The notes beneath the pieces are model-generated. The model was not told where the DNA came from. It ran no database searches and worked only from the letters and a program-made list of their open reading frames with translations. Made by a program: the position numbers and the translations under genes. 64,000 nt of DNA from Okamejei kenojei. Taxonomy: Eukaryota. Positions within the stretch are counted from its first letter, which is position 1. The number at the start of each line of letters is the position of its first letter. Positions 53,735-64,000 of the stretch are shown piece after piece. The stretch is from positions 29,636,001-29,700,000 of the forward strand of contig CM069144.1 of NCBI GenBank assembly GCA_035221665.1, given 5' to 3'.

Positions 53735-53872
53735 CTTCCGACCAACCGAAACCATGGAAAACGATCATAAAATGGATCTCCACCCGTCATAACATTGTCA
53801 CAGTCATCGACCACACTGGAAGGCACTTCAGCGGCACGGTCATACATCTCACGCATCAGGTCTAGTCTCTGT
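53735..53872 (-). CDS. KIF1A: KIF1A exon [45 protein letters not shown]
   Basis: 138 nt, cag|...|gtaaga, phase 2-2; sequence diagnostic for KIF1A over KIF1B. Confidence 0.98.
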
Positions 53873-55584
53873 CTGCAAGAGATATGAGTCCAACACACTA
53901 ATCTCAGCCACATCCTTACAGGCACGGGCACAAACAGACAAGGCTTCATAGAGATTGCAGGGACAAATGTTGCTCCCTGCAAAGTTCCTTTATTGAGGAT
54001 ACAATTGCAGCCAGTTAGTAATTTAATTCGACAGAGATTAATAGAATTCAACAAACTAAATGATGGAAAAAGTGGAAGAATAAAACAAAAACATGCTTAA
54101 TGCATGGTCCCTACTGGTGTGTACTGCTGGATTCTGAATTTGCACATATTTTAATGTTCTGGTAAATGTTCACAGTTGTGTGCAGGAAGCACAGTTAACA
54201 ATGAAATAAAGTTAAATGGACAATAAAACATAGAAGGAAATTGAGAGTGAGTAAAATCAATTAGATTTTAACAATGTTTTAACTTTGAAGTATAGTCACA
54301 GCAAATCAGTAGATGAAATAAGAGGCTGAATTTTGCAGCGAACATTCATTTATGTTGTATTACTCCTTAAATGTCGCCAACATTCAAGAAAGGATTTAGT
54401 TTTTATGCATTTGATTTTGAGATGTGATTGCCAGTGGCAAGGTCACTATTTCCACCCATCTATATCTGAACTAAGTGGACTGCTGGGCCATTTCACAGGA
54501 CTGTGACTGTCACTGGTGAGTCTGGTAAATGAAATATAAGCTGAGCTGGGTAAGATTAGCAGAGTTCACTCCCTGAGGGGCGCTGCATTCTTATGATCAC
54601 GGTCCACGTTACTGATATTAAACTTATATTTTATATTTGGATTTAGATTCCAACACTGCTCTGGAGGGATTTTAAGCAATGACTTCAGGTGCATGTCCAA
54701 ACCTCTGGACAGATCCAGTAACTTAATTACTCATGCCTTTGTGTTCCTCATTTATCAAAGGAAACGAGAAAAAAGATCTGAAGAACAAATACACTGGGTG
54801 TCTCCTGACGTAATTCTGGGATTTCCAGAACACCCACGAGTCTGGATATACATCTGCAATAGATTCTGGCTTACTGCACCCATCCGAGGCTGCGCACTTG
54901 AGCCTGAATATCATTTGTTTGCATCAAATGATCGGCCATGTTCATTAATGCCAAGAAGATGTTGGGATATAACAGGGCCAAACCCATACTGATCTTTCAC
55001 TGAGGATAATCTAGCTGCTCTTCAACTGTAGTTAGAGTAGGAAGTTCATTCCTCTTGTCCCAGAGCATCAAAGTCAGGCCAACACAGAGGGAAATTGTCT
55101 GATGTAAGTCCGTGACTGAACTAATTCAAGACAGGAGAAACTCTCAAGGACAAAGTGTTAATGGTAAAATAGTGACAAGAACAAATATCTTTGTGAGATG
55201 CAAGTTCAGTGCAGGGACCTGTGAGGACGAAAAGGGTTCATAATATTCTCCCAGTGTGAGAATCATGGAACAAATGGACAATTGCTATGTATACAGTTAA
55301 TAAGAACCTAGTGCACTTTTTCAAACAGGAAACAAAATGACTAATGCTGGAACATTGATGTTCAATTATATTTATTTCAAGGTACTTGATGTGTAAAGGA
55401 AAAAAAAGTGACCATGTTGTATAGAAGCTTGGTCAGTTACCAACTGTGTTCAATTTTGGACACCCAAATGTCATAATATATTATCCCAAAGTTTATAATG
55501 CAGATTCAACAGAATGTTATCCAGGTATTTTATTTTGTTATCCAGGCATTTTAGATTTCAAAGATTCACTACAATAAACACGTA

Positions 55585-56637
55585 TCTATATAATTAAAAG
55601 GTTCATCTTGACCACTTCCTGTCTGCGCTGTATATTGATTTTAGAAAAAACGCTACCATGTACCGCTGTGATTTTTGGCCATCTTACTCACAGTCCTCCT
55701 CCGCTGAGTCACCCCAGAGGATTTTTTTCCCTGGACGCGAGTCAGTCACTCTGCAAGATCACGAGGCGGCGGCCACGACTCTCATTCTAAGCTGTGAATC
55801 AACTGAACTGTGAGTCTGCAATGTACTTGCAATAAATGATTTGTTAGCCCTTAATGACAATGCCATGAGTTGTTTGGCCTGTTGCCCTGCCTGTGCTTGA
55901 AACTGCAGTGCTTAATTGGAAATGAAATGACAATGCCATGAGTTGTTTGGCCTGCTGCCCTGCCTGTGCTTCAAACCGCAATGCTTTATTAGGGCCGGCT
56001 GTGTTTGGAAGGAATAAATGCTTTATTAGGTCTGACTGTGTTTGGAAGGAATAAATACTTTATTAGGTCTGACTGTGATTGGAAGGAATAAATGCTTTAT
56101 TAGGTCCGACTGTGTTTGGAAGGAATAAATGCTTTATTAGGTCCGACTGTGTTTAGTCCAAAAGTCCCGCTCATTTTGTGACTTTCGCTTAGTGGACAGG
56201 TCGCGCTGATTGCGTAATTTCCGGTGAGTGCAGAGGTCGTGCTGATTGCGTAATTTCCGTTAAGTGAAAAGGTCACGCTGATTGCAGAAGTGCCGCTGAC
56301 TGCGGAAGCCCCACAGTGGAGAGGCTGCGCTGAGCCATGTGAGTATATTCAAGAAGGTTTACTGATATATATATGGTGTGAGTCAGTGTGTGTGAGTATG
56401 GGTGTGTGTATGTGTGTGTGCGCGNNNNNNNNNNNNNNNNNNNNNNNNNNNNNNNNNNNNNNNNNNNNNNNNNNNNNNNNNNNNNNNNNNNNNNNNNNNN
56501 NNNNNNNNNNNNNNNNNNNNNNNNNNNNNNNNNNNNNNNNNNNNNNNNNNNNNNNNNNNNNNNNNNNNNNNNNNNNNNNNNNNNNNNNNNNNNGAGTGTG
56601 TGAGTATATGTGTGAGTGTATGTGTGATTGTATATGT

Positions 56638-56668
<31 letters not shown>

Positions 56669-56789
56669 AAGTGGAGGGTGTGTGTGTGTGTGTGTGTGTG
56701 TGCATTGGAAATGGTGGAGGTGGAATATTGCGTTGGGGAACTAGCCCTCCCATGTGCAGCTGTGACCCAACAGGTCCTACTTAGTCTAG
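55585..56789 (+). mobile_element. Non-autonomous Helitron with internal minisatellites
   Basis: A|TCTATATAATTAAAA start and CTAG|T end; subterminal hairpin gacc-caaca-ggtc about 10 nt before CTAG; no TSD; internal repeats of about 70 bp x2, about 37 bp x5, about 35 bp x3, and (TG)n. Confidence 0.8.
56425..56593. other. Assembly gap (169 N) within a TG microsatellite
   Basis: Run of N flanked by (TG)n. Confidence 1.
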
Positions 56790-56819
56790 TTTCCTCTAGA
56801 ATTCTCGAATAAGGCAGCC

Positions 56820-57020
56820 TAACTCATTATCATCTAGCCCAGAGCCAACAATGGACCATTGTTCTATTTCTCTCTGCATCACCGTTTATATCTCTTGTTT
56901 CCTTTGCCCCTGACTCTCAGTCCAAAGAAAGGGACTCGACCCGAAACATCACCTATTCCTTTTCTCCAGAGATGCTGCCTGACCCGCTGAGTTACTCCAG
57001 TTTTTTGTGTATATCTTCCG
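56820..57020 (+). mobile_element. Penelope-derived terminal fragment with degenerate hammerhead motif
   Basis: ccaaagaaagggactcgacccgaaacatcacc, followed by the family tail. Confidence 0.6.
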
Positions 57021-57128
57021 CCTAACCTTAACATTGTGGATGTCAGCAGGAAATACCTTTTCACACAAGAGGTTGTGGAGATCTGATCTTTGCTCATCCC
57101 ACATGACTGTAGATGCTGGGACAATTGA

Positions 57129-58791
57129 AAATTCAAGACCAAGTTTATAGGATCTTGGTTAGGTAATGGTTTATAATGGATTATGGTGCCGAGATGGGAT
57201 AGTGGATCAGCCATAACCTTTTATTGGAAGCAGTCTTCTAGTGGGAGATGTTAATAGAACTCTGAGATAAATCATGATGATATTAGCAATGTTACAAAAT
57301 TTTGAGATTTAAAAAATTAAGTCTGCAATTTATCCCATCAGATAAAGCATAAAAAGTTTAATTTAACACCTAATTCACTTTCATATCTTCAGTATTAAAA
57401 AAGTTATGACCATTTTCATACTCCGAAATTAGCATCTTGTTCCATATTGCTTTTCCATTGACTTAACACAAAAGCTGTGATCAAGGACAGTCAAAAGCCC
57501 ATAACTTTCTTAATAATTAAGAGAACTGAATGAAATTTTCAGTTATTATAGATTGAAGCATTCTGAAACAAATAGGAAAAAATCTTACTTAGATGACCTG
57601 AAATTAAAGCATATAATTAGTTAGTTACCTAATTGTAGCTAATTACAAAATTCAATTATAAGATCTAAACATCTATCCATTTCTTAAGAAAAGGTTAACA
57701 TTTTAAAAAAGCCTGTGTCCAAATAACATTCACATAAGAATTCACAATATAACATGATTTTTAAATCTCATTGTCATGAATTTATAGGCCAAATTGAAGG
57801 AATTTAGTGTTTGATTCCCGTAAATTAATGGCCATTTAAATCAACTTGCGAGTTTTTGTGGAACGCGATTGTTTGGAACGTTGCGGTTTGCGGTGAATTT
57901 AAACCCCAGTCGGCAGGAAAAATACTGCCGGTTCATATATTTTTTAAGTTACCTTTTCGCAACATGAAATTTTGATTAAAGGCTTCCTAAGAAGCACGTT
58001 TTTAGGTAAAAATAAACTGTGTACCTTCTTTTGTCCCCTACGTGAGATCCGTCCCGTTGTCAGCGTTCACGGCTTTAGAAGATGATTTTTAATTCACTCT
58101 ATCAATTAAATTATTCAGCGCAGTTTAAAAATAACTCCATAAAACAAATGTCGGAGCGATTTCTCTTCAGCAACTAAATCCCCTGAGATTTAGTTGCTGA
58201 AGAGGACTGGAGTAAACGGCATTTTAAACCCGTCCCCCTCTCAGAGGCGCCAAAGTCGCGCACATGGGCAGTGGCAGAACTGCAGCACCGCTAAAGGTAA
58301 GTTTTGTAACATACCTGCAATAGGGCTAGGTAAGAATATAATTAATTTAAAAACAAATACAAAGTTATTGGAATAGTCTCAACAAATATTCAAACTGTGT
58401 TCACTCGGATACTGTGCTGGAGAAGTATATTCATACAAATTTTCCTAAAATGTTGGGCATGTTAACCAAGATTGCACTTTCAGTACAGATGTGTACAAGA
58501 TGGAACTCAAAATGACGGGTAGTTTTGGTATTGTGCTGATGGGTAATCTGTACCATTGTTCATATTCCTGCCCAGTTTGAATCTGAAAGCTAAAAATGTC
58601 TTAAGCTGAACTGCAAAGATTTTCTAACGTTAACATTACTTGTTTCATATCATCATGATTTGTCTCAGAGTTCTATTAAAATCTCCCACTAGGAGACGGC
58701 TTTCACTATCTGATCCACTATCCCATCTCGGCTCCATAATCCATTATAAACCATTACCTAACAAAGATCCTATAAACTTGGTCTTGAATTT
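57129..58791. repeat. Local inverted duplication; arms 57129-57283 and 58647-58791
   Basis: Both arms give the pseudo-peptide DPLSHLG.IIHYKPLPN.DPINLVLN on opposite strands; indel of about 10 nt between arms. Confidence 0.9.
57284..58317. mobile_element. Non-autonomous DNA transposon with short TIRs (hAT-like, family uncertain)
   Basis: Left end tagcaatgttacaaaa, right end ttttgtaacatacctg (11-bp perfect core); AT-rich body with a CpG-rich end; no matching TSD. Confidence 0.55.
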
Positions 58792-58838
58792 ATATTCTTA
58801 CCTAGCCCTATTGTTCTTATAAACAGACTTTCTGGTTA

Positions 58839-59123
<285 letters not shown>

Positions 59124-59513
59124 TTAATGGGATATTTGGGTTGTATTGCTTTCAGATAGCACCTCCTCATACAAATGTTTCCTTCCTCTTTCATGTCTCC
59201 AAAAACAATGCCACCTTACAACTGGCATTCTTTCTCCAATCTTTCTTCCGGCCCATTCAGGCTAGCTTCACTCCTGCATTGTATACAGACCCCTACCTAG
59301 TAGGCACAGTCTTGAATTACATCCTTTGGAATTGCAGTAGGGAGATCTGTCTCTGTACCTGGTGAGCTACTTACACAGCATCTGCTGGCCGTAAAGGTCT
59401 CATTGCAATGGCAAAGGAGACATTGTGACTTTTCTCTAGCCTTTGCTGGACCCATTCACAACTATAACAGGTTAAATGACAACACCACAGTGTGAATCTC
59501 TCTGTCACACTTA

Positions 59514-59747
<234 letters not shown>

Positions 59748-59909
59748 TCATAAGCCTTTCAAGCCCAATAATGTGCATCTGATCCACAACACCAGAGGTC
59801 ACAATAACAATATTAACTGCCAATCGGTAAAGCAAATCAAACATTGGAGCTGAACTTAAGTAGTGTTACAGACTTTCACCAACTAACATTATGCAGGAAC
59901 TGCAGTCAT

Positions 59910-61990
59910 CAATAGACAATAGACAATAGGTGCAGGAGTAGGCCATTCGGCCCTTCGAGCCAGCACTGCCATTCACTGTGATCATGGCTGATCATCCACA
60001 ATCAGTACCCTGTTCCTGCCTTCTCCCCATATCCCCTGACTCTGCTCTCTTTAAGAGCCCTATCAAACTCTCTCTTGAAAGTATCCAAACCGGCCTCCAC
60101 CACCCTCTGAGGCAGAGAATTACATACTCACACCTCTCTGTGTGAAAAGGTGTTTCCTCATCTCCGTCCTAAATGCCTTACACCTTATCCTTAAACTGTG
60201 GCCCCTGGTTCTGGACTCCCCCAACATCGGGAACATGTTTCCTGCCTCAAGCGTGTCCAAATCCTTAATAATCTAATATGTTTCAATAAGATCCCCTCTC
60301 ATCCTTCTAAATTCCAGAGTATACAAGCCCAGCCGCTCTATTCTCTCAGCATTTGACAGCCCCGCCATCCCGGGAATTAACCTTGTGAAACTACGCTGCA
60401 CTCCCTCAATAGCAATAATGTCCTTCCTCAAATTAGGGGACCAAAACTGTACATAATACTCCAGGTGTGGTCTCACTAGGGCCCTGTACAATTGCAGAAG
60501 AACCTCTTTGCTCCTATACTCAACTCCTCTTGTTATGAAGGCCAACATGCCATTCGCTTTCTTCACTGCCTGCTGTACCTGCATGCTTAGTTTCATTGAC
60601 TGATGAACAAGAACCCCCAGATCTCGTTGTACTTCCCCATTTCCCAACTTGACACCATTTAGATAATAATCTGCCTTCCTGTTTTTGCTACCAAAGTGGA
60701 TAACCTCACATTTATCCTCATTAAACTGCATCTGCCGTGCATCTGCCCACTCCCCGAACCTGTCCAAGTCACCCTGCATTCTCATAGCATCCTCCTCACA
60801 GTTCACACTGCCACCCAGCTTTGTGTCATCTGCAAATCTGCTAATGTTACTTTGAATCCCTTCATCTAAATCATTGATGTATATAGTAAATAGCTGCGGT
60901 CCCAGCACCAAGCCTTGCGGTACACCACTAGTCACTGCCTGTCATTCTGAAAGGGACCCGTTAATCCTTATTCTTTGCTTTCTATCTGTCAACCAATTTT
61001 CTATCCATGGCAACACTCTACCTCCAATACCATGTGCCCTAATTTTGCCCCCTAATCTCCTATGTGGGACCTTATCAAATGCTTTCCGAAAGTCCAGGTG
61101 CACTACATCCACTGGCTCTCCCTTGTCCATTTTCCTAGTTACATCCTCAAAAAATTTCAGATGATTAGTCAAGCATGATTTCCCCTTCGTAAATCCATGC
61201 TGACTCGGACCGATCCTGTTACTGCTATCCAAATGTGCCGCTATTTCATCTTTTATGATTGACTCCAGCATCTTCCCCACCACCGATGTCAGGCTAACTG
61301 GTCTATTGTTTTCTTTCTGCCGCCTTTCTTAAAATGTGGGATGGCATTAGCTACCCTCCAATCCACAGGGACTGATCCTGAATCTATAGAACATTGGAAA
61401 ATGAACACCAATGCATCCACAATTTCTAGAGGCACTTCCTTAAGTAGCCTGGGATGCAGACTATCAGGCCCTGGGGATTTATCTGCCTTCAGTCCCATCA
61501 GTCTACCCAACACCATTTCCTGCCTAATGTGGATTTCCTTCAGTTCCTCAGTCACCCCAGATCTCTGGCCACTAGCACATCAGGAAGATTGTTTGTGTCC
61601 TCCTTAGTGAAGATGGATCCAAAGTACCTGTTCAACCCATCCGCCATTTCCTTGCTCCCCATAATAAATTCACTCTTTTCAGTCTTCAAGGATCCAACTT
61701 TGGTCCTGACTATTTCTTTCCTCTTCACATACCTAAAGAAGCTTTTACTATCCTCCTTTATATTCTTAGCTAGCTTACCTTCGTACCTCATCTTTTCTCC
61801 CCGTATTGCCCTTTTAGTCGTCTGTTGCTCTTTAAACATTACTCAACCCTCTTGCTTCCCACTCATCTTTGCTTCTCTCATGATTGTACTTCTTCTCTTT
61901 TATTTTTATACTGTCCCTGACTTTCCTTGTCAGCCACGGTCGCCCCTTACTCCCCTTGGAATCTTTCTTCCTCTTTGGAATGAACTGGAT
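59910..61990 (-). mobile_element. CR1-clade LINE, 5'-truncated, retains most of the RT domain
   Basis: QHGFTKGKSCLTN, LDFRKAFDKVPH, GVPQGLVLGP and FADD motifs; stops and frameshifts; (caataga)n tail. Confidence 0.96.
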
Positions 61991-62486
61991 CACCCAATCC
62001 CAGAGTTTGAAAGGATAGTGTGACTCAGAGAATGACCGCACAGTGTGGCCCATAGTGTCACTGCCCCAGATTGTGTGTGGATTGCAACATCCAGCCCCAG
62101 AGTATGATAGGACAGTGCACCTTGCCACTGCAACAACGTTGCTTCATCTATTTTTGGTAAAATGCAGTAAAACATTAAAAAGAAAAGCTTGGATTAAAGT
62201 TCCCTGAAAAATTACAAACTTCTGTAAACTCTCTGCAAAACTTTCCCCTTCACTGATAAAGGGACTCTTTGCCTTTGTCTGAGCTGAGACTGGGCACCTT
62301 CAATTGTAAGAGATCCCTGATGAAGCCACACACCATCACAAGAGCAGTACTTGCTGTGAGAGTTAATTGACTCTTCAAATGTTGCCACAGCTTCCTGATC
62401 TATTTCGCTAGCTTCCTTGCTAGTACTACGGGGAAATGAGACAATAGTAAAAACATGACAAAAAATAAAGAGGGATGTTCTCTTAC

Positions 62487-62580
62487 CTTCCTCCTCTGGT
62501 TCTTCATCTTCCTGTACATTTTCTGGGTAAAAGCAGGAATCCATCTGCCTTTGTAAAGCTTCCAGTCTGCTTTCATAGTC
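62487..62580 (-). CDS. KIF1A: KIF1A exon [31 protein letters not shown]
   Basis: 94 nt, tag|...|gtaaga, phase 0-1. Confidence 0.96.
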
Positions 62581-63143
62581 CTAGAATGGTAGACAAAAAC
62601 ATGGGTGAGAAATGTTATGGCTCTTTACTTTTGGAGCCGTTAATAATGCTGGAAGACAGGCGCTTGTATTGGGATGCCCAATTAATGGAAACATTATGTG
62701 CATAAATTTCCTCATTCAAATGTGTTACCGGATGTCAGTTTATTGGGAACTTTAGTAACCTTCATCCATGAAAGCATTCATTGGATGCTCCCGCTGGAGC
62801 CAAAGTAGTGTTTCGATAGTTCTTCAATCTGAATTATTTTATTCCCCTCAAATGTTTCCTGATCTTCTGAGTATGTCTAGCACTGTCTAATTTCCTATCT
62901 GTCTTCACCATATTTGCCAATTCCATCACCCAGGAAGTTCTGGTGGTTCTCCTCTCCACCCACCCTCTCCTCTTGTGGGAATGTGCATGGACAGCTTCCA
63001 AGCTATCTTGTCTTTGAAAGGCTGTCAATTACATTATTATTTCCTGGTCCTTGACTCGACTTTACCTCAGTGAGATTCAGTCTTAATTCACCAAAATTAT
63101 GTTGTTGGCTCAGAAGGTCTCAGTAAAGTTTAATGTTACATAC

Positions 63144-63216
63144 CAGGCGCTGCTGTTCTAACAGTAAATCAGCTTCCTCTTTTTCTCTCCGGTACTGAGT
63201 TTCTAGTTCTTGCAAC
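63144..63216 (-). CDS. KIF1A: KIF1A exon (R)LQELETQYRREKEEADLLLEQQRL (coiled coil)
   Basis: 73 nt, tag|...|gtatgt, phase 2-0. Confidence 0.96.
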
Positions 63217-64000
63217 CTAAGAAATAATTCAATTAAGTAAAATCCATACAAAGTATCATAGTTCACTGCAAGTCTCTTCAATGTAGAATAAAATTAAACA
63301 AAAGTTGATATAAACCTGGGAGAAAATGTTTGTGTTTCTTATTGTAAATATCCCTCAACACTGTGCCATTAGAAATGATGCGTATAGTATACAGAACACT
63401 GTATATAGAATACTAATTCCATTAGTGCTATCCTATTAAACACTGCCACAAAACACAATCGTTATGTAAGTATCTAGATGAGCACCGGAATCATCGAGGA
63501 GTAGAAGGTTATGTTATGAGTCATGCTGGAAAATTAGCGCAGACAGGTGCGTGATAATCGGCATGGTGGGTTGAAGGACATGTTTCTGTGTCATGATTCT
63601 ATTCTCTGTGAGAATAAACCTCTTCCGTCTATTACTCTGAGGTTAGCTACACCAGACATTTCAGATCAACTTAAAGGTCCCCCTGCATTACATGTGTGAC
63701 AATCAGGTTAATATTCTGTGCAGTGAAGTTCACAGAAAAGTAAATTAAATCACATAACAGATTGGCAGGTATCCCGTTGCCTAGTGTAATAAAAAGACTG
63801 AATTAATCATGTATCATAATCTGTGAGTAATCACACAGTGGTAAAAAATGTGAATCTGAATTGACAGTGTCATCACATATGGAAAGTATACTCCTAGAGG
63901 AAATGGAAATATGAATTGGTTGGATATGCATGTATTAATTAGTTAAGGTGTATTACCAATGCAGAATATATTATTCAGTGACTGTTTGTTAAATAACTGG

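Noticed and set aside
56290-56812. His/Thr- and Cys/Val-rich ORFs
   Set aside because: Translation of a TG microsatellite across an N gap.
62581-63143. KIF1B-alpha-like alternative terminal exon after QQRL
   Set aside because: The intron is only 563 nt and shows no DADSDSGDDSDKRSCEESW-like sequence, consistent with KIF1A rather than KIF1B.

Overview
Vertebrate genomic DNA, not prokaryotic. The repeat content (CR1/HER1-type LINEs, Rex1-like LINEs, Penelope-like elements, Deu-domain and V-type SINEs) suggests a cartilaginous fish, probably a skate or ray (inference). The whole window lies inside one minus-strand gene, the neuronal kinesin-3 motor KIF1A. I traced 19 coding exons with GT-AG boundaries and consistent phases (2127 nt, 709 codons, stalk region from 'LQELETQYRRE' to 'GNDNR'); both ends of the gene lie outside the window. 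They include the acidic poly-Glu cassette exon and two microexons (27 nt and 24 nt) missed by the ORF track. The introns hold decayed transposons: CR1, Rex1, Penelope, an IR/DR Tc1 element, a Harbinger-type MITE, a non-autonomous Helitron, a hAT-like element and a probable Gypsy remnant. The most notable non-coding signals are: minimal hammerhead-ribozyme motifs in Penelope-derived fold-back insertions with target-site duplications; an inverted CR1 pair bracketing a phase-symmetric exon block (candidate stop-free circRNA); a local inverted duplication abutting a transposon end; and a phased E-box minisatellite. Everything was read by eye; repeat boundaries are approximate and family names are not database-verified.
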